Counted from the first letter of the stretch, positions 31,288 to 39,838 are shown. The stretch: DNA of 47,075 bases from Sulfurimonas sp. (GCA_021157665.1 JAGGWE010000171.1:1-47075); one strand, 5' to 3'. Program-made: numbers and translations. The notes: a model not told the origin generated them from the sequence alone.

Positions 31288-32373
31288 ATGAATACTCAAA
31301 TAATCCTTGAAACATATATTGAAAATATTATACAAATAATGACACCATATGGAACTGGAACAGGTTTTATTATAGGTGATTTAATTATAACAAACTCACA
31401 TGTTGTAAGTGGATTAAGAGAGGTTGTTGTAAGTGCTAAAAAAATAAAAAGAGTTGTAGCTAAAGTAGTTTATGATGATCCCTATTTTGACTTAGCTTTT
31501 ATAAAACTAGACTCTTTAACAACACCAAAAAATCGATTGAAACTATCTACTAAAATAGTTTCAAACGGAGATACTACAATAGCAGTAGGACACCCCTACG
31601 GGCTAAACTACTCAGCAACAGAAGGTATAGTCTCTCGTGCTTCAAGAGTTCAAGATGGTTTAGAATATATTCAAATAGATGCAGCAATAAATCCAGGAAA
31701 TAGTGGTGGACCACTCTTAAATATTGAAGGTGATGTAATAGGAGTAAATACTTTTATAATCCAAAATGCAAATAATATTGGATTTTCACTTCCTTATTTT
31801 TATGTTCAACAAGCATTAGATGAATTCTTGGCATGTGGGAAAGAAAATATTATAAAATGTAGTTCATGTAAAAATTTAATCCAAGAAAAAAATATAAAAA
31901 ATGATTATTGTTCGGCATGTGGAGTTAAAATAGAAGTAGCAAAACTTAGAAGAAAAGGTTACAAACCAACTGGTGCTACAAAACTTATGGAGGAGATTTT
32001 ATCTTCGCTTGAAGTTGATGTAACACTGGCAAGAAGAAGTCAAGCATCATGGGAAATAGACAAAGGTTCAACAAGAGTTGAAATAAATTATTATGAAAAC
32101 GGAGTAATCATAGGAGATACAAAACTATGTGGAATTCCAAGTAAAAATATAGAAAAAGTTTATGATTTTCTGCTAAAAGAAAACTCAGAACTATCATATT
32201 TACAGTTTTCAATAAATGAAAATAGTATATATTTATCTTATTTAATAATCGATTCATCATTGACACTAAAAGAGGGTAAAATAGCACTACAAAGACTATT
32301 TGAATATTCCAATAAATATGATGATATTCTCATAAACAAATACAATGCAGTAAAACAAAAAAGAGAAGAGTAA
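31288..32373 (+). CDS. Cytoplasmic trypsin-like (S1C) serine protease with Zn ribbon and YbjN-like C-terminal domain
   Basis: TNSHVV, DLA and DAAINPGNSGGPL triad motifs; CSSC...CSAC; no signal peptide and no PDZ domain. Confidence 0.85.
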   Translation: MNTQIILETYIENIIQIMTPYGTGTGFIIGDLIITNSHVVSGLREVVVSAKKIKRVVAKVVYDDPYFDLAFIKLDSLTTPKNRLKLSTKIVSNGDTTIAVGHPYGLNYSATEGIVSRASRVQDGLEYIQIDAAINPGNSGGPLLNIEGDVIGVNTFIIQNANNIGFSLPYFYVQQALDEFLACGKENIIKCSSCKNLIQEKNIKNDYCSACGVKIEVAKLRRKGYKPTGATKLMEEILSSLEVDVTLARRSQASWEIDKGSTRVEINYYENGVIIGDTKLCGIPSKNIEKVYDFLLKENSELSYLQFSINENSIYLSYLIIDSSLTLKEGKIALQRLFEYSNKYDDILINKYNAVKQKREE

Positions 32374-32406
32374 ATTTACTTAATGAAAGAAAGGAATAAA
32401 ACCCAC

Positions 32407-34356
32407 ATGCCACAATTTTTAGAATTTAAAATAGATTTAGATACTTTTATAACAGAGTTAAAAGATAGACTAGAAACAAATAATGAAAAGGTACAAACAC
32501 TTTTAGCACAAAAACATAAAACTTATGCAAATTTCGTAAAACCAATGCAGATGATGGACGAATATTTAGAACAATTTTTCACTCCACTATCACACTTAAA
32601 CTCTGTAAACAATACAGAAAAAACCCAAGAGGTATATAGTGAATCTCTGCCAATAATCACTGAATATTCTACACAACTTTCTCAAAATATTGAGATTTAC
32701 AAAGTATATAAAGAGATAGATAAAAATGAAAAAGACTTTTTAAACTATGAACAAAATAGAGTAATAGAGCTTAATATTCAACATTTTGAATTAAGTGGTG
32801 CTCACTTAGATGAAAAAACTAAAAAGAGACTTCAAGAAATAAACATCAAAAAGAGTGAACTATCAAATAACTTTTCTCAAAATCTACTTGATGCAACAAA
32901 TGAATATGAATATATTATAAAAGATAAAAAAGATATTGAAGGCTTGCCACAGAGTGATATAGCTACAGCTGAATTTGATGATGATGGAGTAATAAAATAT
33001 AAATTCACTCTACAAATGCCATCTTATATCGCATATATGACTTATGGTAAGAATGCCCAGATTCGTGAGAAACTCTACAAAGCTTATGTAACAAGAGCAC
33101 CTCAAAATGCAGAGATTATTGATGAACTTTTAGCTTTAAAAGATGAGATGAGTAAACTTTTAGGCTTTGATAATTATGCTCAGTATTCTCTTGCTAGTAA
33201 AATGGCAAAAGATGAAAAAAGTGTACTTGGCTTTTTAAATAAATTAGTACAAAATTCAAAAGCTCAGGCAAAAGAGGAATTAAAAGAACTTCAAAGTATT
33301 ACCCCATCAACACTTCAAAGTTTTGATACAGCTTACTACTCAGAGATACTAAAAAAAGAAAAATATGATATTGATGAAGAAGAGTATAGACCTTATTTTG
33401 AACAACAAAGTGTTGTTAATGGTACATTTAAATTTTTAAATTCACTTTTTGGAATAACATTTAAAAAACTAGATGAAAAGTTATGGAATAAAAAAGCCAC
33501 ATCTTATAACTTATATATAAAAGATAAACTCAAAGCTAGACTTTATCTTGATTTAGAAGCAAGAAAAAGTAAAAGAGGTGGGGCTTGGATGCACAATTGG
33601 CAAGCTCATTGTCGGGATGAGGAAGGAGAAGAACAACTTGCATCTGCTTTTGTAGTATGTAACTTTCCAGCTTCAAGTGATAAAAATCCATCACTACTTA
33701 GACATGATGATGTAGTTACATTTTTTCATGAGATGGGACATGCTATCCATCATATGCTAAGTTCTGTAAATGAAAATGAAGTGAGTGGAGTCAATGGTGT
33801 TGAGTGGGATGCCGTAGAGTTTCCATCACAATTTTTAGAAAATTTTGCTTATGAACCACAGGTATTAAAACAGTTCGCAAAGCATCATGAAACTGGAGAG
33901 ATAATTCCTGATGAGATGATTGAAAAACTTGTTCGGAGTAAAAACTTTTTATCAGCATCAGGGATGTTAAGACAGTTAGAGTTTTCAATATTTGACTTTA
34001 AACTACATACAAAGCCACATGCCAAAGATGAAGTTCAAAATCTTTTAGATGAGATTAGAAAAGAGACTGCTTTGATAAAAACTCCATCTTATAACAAGTT
34101 TCAAAATGGCTTTGCACATATATTTGCAGGTGGATATGCTGCTGGTTATTATAGTTATAAATGGGCAGAAGTGCTAAGTGCTGATGCTTTTTTTAGTGTT
34201 ATTGACGAGGGTATCTTCAACTCAAATACTGCTAAAAAATATTTAGAAATTATTTTAAATGGTGGTGGAGCCAAAAGTATGAGTAAACTTTTTAAAGAGT
34301 TAATGGGTAGAGAGCCAAATCTATCAAATTTACTGAGATTAAATGGAATTAATTAG
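32407..34356 (+). CDS. prlC: M3 family oligopeptidase A
   Basis: FHEMGH, WDAVEFPSQFLE and GGYAAGYYSYKWAEVL. Start at 32407 (after AAGGA) preferred over 32383. Confidence 0.9.
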   Translation: MPQFLEFKIDLDTFITELKDRLETNNEKVQTLLAQKHKTYANFVKPMQMMDEYLEQFFTPLSHLNSVNNTEKTQEVYSESLPIITEYSTQLSQNIEIYKVYKEIDKNEKDFLNYEQNRVIELNIQHFELSGAHLDEKTKKRLQEINIKKSELSNNFSQNLLDATNEYEYIIKDKKDIEGLPQSDIATAEFDDDGVIKYKFTLQMPSYIAYMTYGKNAQIREKLYKAYVTRAPQNAEIIDELLALKDEMSKLLGFDNYAQYSLASKMAKDEKSVLGFLNKLVQNSKAQAKEELKELQSITPSTLQSFDTAYYSEILKKEKYDIDEEEYRPYFEQQSVVNGTFKFLNSLFGITFKKLDEKLWNKKATSYNLYIKDKLKARLYLDLEARKSKRGGAWMHNWQAHCRDEEGEEQLASAFVVCNFPASSDKNPSLLRHDDVVTFFHEMGHAIHHMLSSVNENEVSGVNGVEWDAVEFPSQFLENFAYEPQVLKQFAKHHETGEIIPDEMIEKLVRSKNFLSASGMLRQLEFSIFDFKLHTKPHAKDEVQNLLDEIRKETALIKTPSYNKFQNGFAHIFAGGYAAGYYSYKWAEVLSADAFFSVIDEGIFNSNTAKKYLEIILNGGGAKSMSKLFKELMGREPNLSNLLRLNGIN

Positions 34357-35360
34357 TGAAATTTTTCACTCTTTTATTCATATTTGTAAGCTTAGCATGT
34401 GGAGATAAAACTTTGACAATAGCAACTTACAATGTTGAAAACCTTTTTGATTTAAATAAGGGTGATTATAGATATAAAGAGTATAAACCAAATGGAAAAT
34501 CTCTTTGGAATAAAAAAAACTATAAAATTAAATTAGATAATATATCTAAAGTTATTAAAGATATTGATGCTGATATAATTGCTCTACAAGAGATAGGTTC
34601 ATTATCAGCACTCAAAGATTTACGACAAACACTAAAACAAAAAGGTTTATACTACCAATATTATAATATTACCAATAAAAAACCAACTGCAATAAAAGTA
34701 GCAATTCTCAGTAAAATACCATTTTCATATTCAAAAGATTTAAGTGTAACATACTCCTATAAATATCGAAATATTTTAGAAACTAAGTTTATAATTGACT
34801 CAAAAGAGTTATATCTATTTATTAACCACTGGAAATCAAAAGCTGGACCAGAGAGTATAAGAATAGTATCTGCAAAAAAACTAAAAGAAAGAATAAATAA
34901 AATTGGATATGAAAAAAATATTATATTGCTTGGTGATTTTAATTCAGACTATGAAGAATATATAAGATTTAAAAGAAAAAGAAAACATAATGATACTAAT
35001 GGAAAAACAGGTATTAACCATATATTAAGAACTTTAAAACAGACTACAAAAGCAAATCAAACTAAATATATAAAAAATAACTTTTATAACTTGTGGTATG
35101 ATACAAATAAAGAGAATAGATATTCATACATATATAGAGGTAAAAAAGAAGCACTTGATAATATTTTAATCTCTCAATCATTATTAGATAACAAAAATAT
35201 ATCTTATGTGAATAATTCTATTTTAAATTTTAGTAAAAGTTATTTATTTAAAAAGAAAAATATTTATAGATGGCAAACAACAAGAGGTAAAGTTAAAAAA
35301 CATAAAGGAAAAGGTTACTCTGATCATCTTCCTGTAATCGCAAAGTTTTATATAGAGTAA
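34356..35360 (+). CDS. Exported endonuclease/exonuclease/phosphatase family protein
   Basis: ATYNVENLFD, LQE, NHWKSK, GDFN and SDHLP motifs. N-terminal signal or lipobox (SLAC). GTG start. Confidence 0.88.
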   Translation: MKFFTLLFIFVSLACGDKTLTIATYNVENLFDLNKGDYRYKEYKPNGKSLWNKKNYKIKLDNISKVIKDIDADIIALQEIGSLSALKDLRQTLKQKGLYYQYYNITNKKPTAIKVAILSKIPFSYSKDLSVTYSYKYRNILETKFIIDSKELYLFINHWKSKAGPESIRIVSAKKLKERINKIGYEKNIILLGDFNSDYEEYIRFKRKRKHNDTNGKTGINHILRTLKQTTKANQTKYIKNNFYNLWYDTNKENRYSYIYRGKKEALDNILISQSLLDNKNISYVNNSILNFSKSYLFKKKNIYRWQTTRGKVKKHKGKGYSDHLPVIAKFYIE

Positions 35361-35387
35361 TATATAAAGTAAACTTCAACCTTAACC

Positions 35388-35411
35388 CTCGTTCCAATGC
35401 TCCGCGTGGGA
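35388..35411 (+). repeat. REP-like element, part left of the IS110 insertion
   Basis: CTCGTTCCAATGCTCCGCGTGGGA joins ATCCATAC (36713-36720) to rebuild the hairpin CTCGTTCCAATGCTCCGCGTGGGAATCCATAC. Confidence 0.7.
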
Positions 35412-35444
35412 GTTTCCACCTTTAAAAATCTTTAAAAAAGTAGC

Positions 35445-36458
35445 TTATTTCATATTTTCTACTTTTTTAATCTGAGTAAAATTCAAATATCTATCTGGGT
35501 CATATTGTTGTTTATTTTTATAAAGAGAATGTGCAAGTAAAACTATTTTACGCATAATAGCAATTTGAGCTAAAGGTTTTGGTTTACCTCTATCGACTAA
35601 TCTATCATACATATGTTTCATTTCCATGTTATATCTTACAACACTAAGTGTAGGCATAAATAATATATCTCGAACTAAGGATAATCCTTGTTTGGATATT
35701 CTAGCTTTTTTTTGTAGTGAAGTACCAGATTCTCTTTGTACAGGGTCTAGTCCACATAATGCTGTAATATGTTGTCTTGATGCATTCGGATATCTAAGAA
35801 AAAGATAGAGTAAAATAATGGCACTTTTTTGACCTACACCTGGAATTGAAATAATATTTTCATATGAATCTAAGTATGACTTATCATTCTCAATAATATG
35901 CATTATTTTTTCAATAAGTTTGTCTTGCTCTTTATCTAATTTAGATATTCTTTGATTAACATCTTTTAAAATATAACTGTCTTCAAGATTATATGTTGCT
36001 CCTTCAAGGTAGTTACTCAATCTTATTTTTTCTTTACCTATAGATTGATAGTATTTAATGAAAGAGCGTATCTGATGGGCTTTCTCATCCCTTAAAGGTA
36101 CTTTTATATCATTCTCTTTAACTAATACATGCATAGATGATAACATACGAGCATCTATTTTATCTGTCTTACTTCTATTTTTAATACTTTTTGAAAAAAA
36201 AGAACTTTGAGCTGCACCAACTTTAAAACATCGTATCTCTTTTGTTTGTGAAAAATATTCTAAAAGTGTAGAATAACTTCCTGTTGATTCGTAAACAAAT
36301 ACAATTTTCTCTATCTCTTTTTTATACAGCTTCTTTAGTTTATTATAGAACTTTTTTAGGCCTCTCAAACTATTTTCTATTTCAATATCTAATTCATTTT
36401 TAGGGATGTAGATTTGAAGTGTTGCTTTTGCAACATCTATTCCGATATAATCATTCAT
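35445..36458 (-). CDS. IS110 family DEDD recombinase/transposase, 337 aa
   Basis: GIDVAK, YESTG and KTDKID (DEDD), SIPGVG, and RESGTS (catalytic Ser). Reads on the minus strand although the ORF track lists +. Start MNDY follows a GGAGG RBS. Confidence 0.95.
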   Translation of the reverse strand: MNDYIGIDVAKATLQIYIPKNELDIEIENSLRGLKKFYNKLKKLYKKEIEKIVFVYESTGSYSTLLEYFSQTKEIRCFKVGAAQSSFFSKSIKNRSKTDKIDARMLSSMHVLVKENDIKVPLRDEKAHQIRSFIKYYQSIGKEKIRLSNYLEGATYNLEDSYILKDVNQRISKLDKEQDKLIEKIMHIIENDKSYLDSYENIISIPGVGQKSAIILLYLFLRYPNASRQHITALCGLDPVQRESGTSLQKKARISKQGLSLVRDILFMPTLSVVRYNMEMKHMYDRLVDRGKPKPLAQIAIMRKIVLLAHSLYKNKQQYDPDRYLNFTQIKKVENMK

Positions 36459-36514
36459 AAGAACCTCCATTAAGTGAAGAGTTCGGTAGCACAGACTTTG
36501 GTCTGTGTGATATA

Positions 36515-36700
36515 CACTAAACCTGACTTTTACTTGTAAATACAGTCTGGTATTTTCCGACTCTGTTTCCACTCAAGTTATCGGTTTAGTTTTTTAACTC
36601 CCACTCTAGCTCATTATTTTATTAATGGCTTCAATTCATAACCCAATATCAATCTCACCGAATCTTACAATATGATTATACTGCTTTCTTGAATGGTATT
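36515..36700 (-). ncRNA. Predicted bridge RNA in the IS110 left end (boundaries approximate)
   Basis: Two internal loops with guide-like segments: TTATGAATT (36641-36633), GTGGGAG (36604-36598), GTGGAAAC (36572-36565) and TACAAG (36538-36533). They match the target and donor junctions, and each pair flanks a hairpin. Confidence 0.8.
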
Positions 36701-36742
36701 TTTATCATACAAATCCATACTTCACTTTTTATTCTTATTGTT

Positions 36743-36774
36743 ATATACACTAGCAAGTAGAACTTGGGAGCGAA
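36743..36774 (-). repeat. Degenerate inverted partner REP (REPIN/BIME-like pair)
   Basis: Minus strand TTCGCTCCCAAGTTCTACTTGCTAGTGTATAT aligns with the rebuilt REP in opposite orientation, separated by a 22-bp spacer. Confidence 0.55.
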
Positions 36775-36787
36775 AAACAATTTTCTT

Positions 36788-37417
36788 TTAATTTTCAAAA
36801 ATTATCAGTCTTTTATTAACACTTACATTTTTAAAATTAAATTCATTTTTTATCCATTCGAAAGTTTCTTTAGAATAGAAAAAAACATGAGTTGGGTCAT
36901 TTTTATAATACCAAGATTCAAAATCAATATTTTTATTATAAACCTCTGTCATCAGATATATTTTGGCATGTGGGTTTAATAAATTTTTTAAAAGTTTAAA
37001 CTCTTTATATGGATTGTAAAAATGTTCTATAACCTCACAACTACCAATATAATCATAACTTTGTTCTAGCAACTCTGGATAATTATGAAAATATGGATCA
37101 TATTGTTTTACTATGTAATTATTATCTTGTAAAACTTTAGATAAAACAGGTCCCGTTCCAGCACCAAAATCTAAACCTCTTGAATACGGTGTAAAATCTT
37201 TTAAAATTGCATCACTAATTGGGGAGATAAACTTTTGATAACCTTTGTCATTAACATCATTTTCATGTTGTTGATATACTAACTTTTCAGACTCTTTATC
37301 GATTTTATCATCTCTACCCATAAAGATTCCAAAACACTTTTCACATCTATAGTAAACCTTAGTATTTCTAAAAAACTCTTCACTTAATGTCGAACATAGA
37401 GGACAATTTATTTTCAT
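36788..37417 (-). CDS. Class I SAM-dependent methyltransferase with N-terminal Zn-binding motif
   Basis: CPLC...CEKC, GLDFGAGTG, EVIEHF and WYYKNDPTHV motifs. Confidence 0.85.
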   Translation of the reverse strand: MKINCPLCSTLSEEFFRNTKVYYRCEKCFGIFMGRDDKIDKESEKLVYQQHENDVNDKGYQKFISPISDAILKDFTPYSRGLDFGAGTGPVLSKVLQDNNYIVKQYDPYFHNYPELLEQSYDYIGSCEVIEHFYNPYKEFKLLKNLLNPHAKIYLMTEVYNKNIDFESWYYKNDPTHVFFYSKETFEWIKNEFNFKNVSVNKRLIIFEN

Positions 37418-37423
37418 TTATTA

Positions 37424-37993
37424 CTAATCTTTAAATTCATACAGTTCTTCAAGCAAATTTAATAATGGTAAAAATAAAACCTCTAGTTCTCTAATATTTA
37501 TATAACTCTGATTAGGAAAGAAAAAATGGCTGTTACGGTTTCGGCGTGTTCGAATGATGATGTAAAACATCTCTGTTATCAATTTTGCTTTTTGAGTATC
37601 AAATGCTATCTTATCAAAGAGTTCTCTTTGTGCACATTTAAGAGCAGTAGTAACTGTACCTGTATTAATTTCTGCCACATAATGAATCTCTAATCTAGTT
37701 AGTGTTTCATTTAGCCATTCATTATTTAGAGCAATAACTTTTTCACCATACTCATAATTGGCTCTTTTTTTAAAAAAAGGGATATGATGTTTTAAAAGAC
37801 ACGCCTTAAATAAAACCTCTGCACAAAGTGAGATATTACGCCAGAAATCAACAACTTCAAAATGATTTATCTCAAAAGAGATATCTGCAATTTCATAAAT
37901 ACCATTTTCATAGCTAATAACATTTTGAAATGTAGCTAAATGGATAGCATATTGATAATTTTCTTGGGCAATATTACTAATATCAACACTCAT
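37424..37993 (-). CDS. Hypothetical protein, possible HEPN domain
   Basis: AEVLFKACL and RNRNSH (Rx4H) in an all-helical-looking 189-aa protein. Confidence 0.5.
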   Translation of the reverse strand: MSVDISNIAQENYQYAIHLATFQNVISYENGIYEIADISFEINHFEVVDFWRNISLCAEVLFKACLLKHHIPFFKKRANYEYGEKVIALNNEWLNETLTRLEIHYVAEINTGTVTTALKCAQRELFDKIAFDTQKAKLITEMFYIIIRTRRNRNSHFFFPNQSYINIRELEVLFLPLLNLLEELYEFKD

Positions 37994-38051
37994 AGTCCAT
38001 CATTTCCTCTTTAGTTTTATATCATAAATTATACTATTTATTATCTAAATT

Positions 38052-39080
38052 TTAATGCCATATTCCCTCAAGAGAATAATTACAATATGGACAAACACCA
38101 TTTTCGTCAAGTTCATTAATAACAAATTGCCCAATATTTCCACTTCTATCTATTACTCTTTTTTTACAACTTGGACAATATGTAGATTCATGGTCTTCGT
38201 TATCTACATTTCCAACATAAAGATATTTTAAACCCTCTTCCTGTCCTATTTTATAAGCCCGAAGAAGTGTAGATTCTGGTGTACGAGGAACATCTAGCAT
38301 CTTATATGTTGGATGAAAAGCTGAAAGATGCCAAGGTATTGAAATATCAAGCCCTGCTATAAATTTTGCAATAGAACGAATCTCTTCATCTGAATCATTT
38401 TTACCAGGAATCAGTAGAGTTGTTATCTCTATCCAAATCCCTTTGGCATGTGCATATTTAACTGCCTCTAAAACTGGCTTAAGTCTAGCACCACATATCT
38501 CTTTATAAAACTCATCACTGAAACTTTTAATATCTATATTCATCCCATCTATATATGGCTCTAGTAAATCTATCGCTTTTTTTGTTTCAAATCCACTAGT
38601 GACATAGATATTTTTTAGACCCTTTTCATGTGCTAGTTTTGCTGTATCATAAGTATATTCAAAAAATACAATTGGTTCATTATAAGTATAAGCAACTGAA
38701 TCACAATCATTTTCAATAGCTAACTCAACTATTCGCTCAGGTGAAAGTTCACGACCTACAATCTCTTGATTATGCTCTTTTGGATACTGAGATATATCGT
38801 AGTTTTGACAAAACTTACAAGAAAAATTACATCCAACTGTTCCAAATGAAAAAACTCTGCTTTTTGGTAAAAAATGAAACATAGGTTTTTTCTCTACTGG
38901 ATCAACATTTACAGCTGCTGCAAGTCCATACACAAGTAATTTTAACTCGCCATCTTCAACCCTTCTAACACCACAAATACCATATTCACCCTCATCAAGT
39001 TTACACGATTGTGCACATGCCTGACACAAAACTTTACCTGAGGCTAGTTTTTTACTTAACCATGCTGTTTTAGACATCAT
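38052..39080 (-). CDS. amrS: AmmeMemoRadiSam system radical SAM enzyme
   Basis: CQACAQSC, GICGVR, DPVEKKPMFHFLP, CNFSCKFCQNYDISQ, AYTYNEP and YVGNV...TYCPSC motifs. Confidence 0.9.
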   Translation of the reverse strand: MMSKTAWLSKKLASGKVLCQACAQSCKLDEGEYGICGVRRVEDGELKLLVYGLAAAVNVDPVEKKPMFHFLPKSRVFSFGTVGCNFSCKFCQNYDISQYPKEHNQEIVGRELSPERIVELAIENDCDSVAYTYNEPIVFFEYTYDTAKLAHEKGLKNIYVTSGFETKKAIDLLEPYIDGMNIDIKSFSDEFYKEICGARLKPVLEAVKYAHAKGIWIEITTLLIPGKNDSDEEIRSIAKFIAGLDISIPWHLSAFHPTYKMLDVPRTPESTLLRAYKIGQEEGLKYLYVGNVDNEDHESTYCPSCKKRVIDRSGNIGQFVINELDENGVCPYCNYSLEGIWH

Positions 39081-39122
39081 ATCCCCTTTAAAAATCTTTT
39101 ATAACTCTTAGACCTTATCAGT

Positions 39123-39159
39123 ATGATAACATATGATGCAATAAGTTAAGATTAGTTTC
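39123..39159 (-). promoter_or_regulatory. Promoter/operator block, copy 1 (upstream of amrS)
   Basis: 33/37 identical to 44982-45018. Minus strand contains TGTTATCAT (extended -10-like). Confidence 0.65.
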
Positions 39160-39215
39160 CTTTATATTATAATTTAGTTAAAATATAAAAATTAATAATT
39201 TTTGGAGAGTAAACA

Positions 39216-39827
39216 ATGACTTCTAACAATAATTTAGTAAATTACCTTATAAATAAAGATGTTTTAAAATCAAATAATATTATAGATGCTTTTAGAAATA
39301 TTGATAGAATAGATTTTGTTTTAGATTCGAGTGCTTCAGATATTTATGAAGACTATCCACTACAAATTGGATTTAGACAAACTATCTCACAACCAACTAC
39401 AGTTGCTATGATGATGGAGATGCTTCAGCCAAAAGTGGGACAAAAAATCTTAGATATTGGGAGTGGTTCAGGCTGGAGTACAACAATTCTTGCTTTTATT
39501 GTCGGTGAGAGTGGTTCAGTTCTTGGGCTAGAGAGAGTTGATTCTCTTGTTAAATTTGGAAGTGATAACCTTGAAAAATATAAATTTAAAAATGCTAAAA
39601 TTATTAAGGCAGGAGATAAACTTGGAGTAGTTGGTGAAAAGTTTGACCGTATTTTAGTCTCAGCGGCAGCTGATGAGTTTCCATCAGATTTATCTAATCA
39701 GTTAAAAGTTGGTGGGAAACTTGTTATTCCTGTAAAAAATTCAATTCTTGAGATTACAAAGCAGGAAGATGGAAAGATTAAAGGAATAGAGCATTATGGT
39801 TTTACTTTTGTTCCATTAATTTTTTAA
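39216..39827 (+). CDS. pcm: Protein-L-isoaspartate O-methyltransferase
   Basis: QTISQPTTV, ILDIGSGSGW, FDRILVSAAA and QLKVGGKLVIPV motifs. Confidence 0.9.
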   Translation: MTSNNNLVNYLINKDVLKSNNIIDAFRNIDRIDFVLDSSASDIYEDYPLQIGFRQTISQPTTVAMMMEMLQPKVGQKILDIGSGSGWSTTILAFIVGESGSVLGLERVDSLVKFGSDNLEKYKFKNAKIIKAGDKLGVVGEKFDRILVSAAADEFPSDLSNQLKVGGKLVIPVKNSILEITKQEDGKIKGIEHYGFTFVPLIF

Positions 39828-39838
39828 TAATATTTAAT

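Larger units (their letters stand above)
35411..36711 (-). mobile_element. IS110-family insertion sequence, about 1.3 kb, no terminal inverted repeats
   Basis: Minus-strand junctions are GTATGGA-TT-TGTAT (36720-36707) and GTGGAAA-CT-CCCAC (35419-35406). Removing the element restores a REP hairpin. Confidence 0.85.

Noticed and set aside
35445-36572. ORF track entry giving the 375-aa transposase as + strand with start at 36572
   Set aside because: The protein reads from the reverse complement (stop TTA at 35445, CAT at 36456-36458). The extra 38 codons run through the predicted bridge RNA, and the RBS supports the start at 36458.
36510-36752. Direct repeat ATATACACTA (36510-36519 and 36743-36752) as a possible IS end or target duplication
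   Set aside because: It does not flank the transposase. The second copy belongs to the partner REP, and the guide matches place the left end at 36711.
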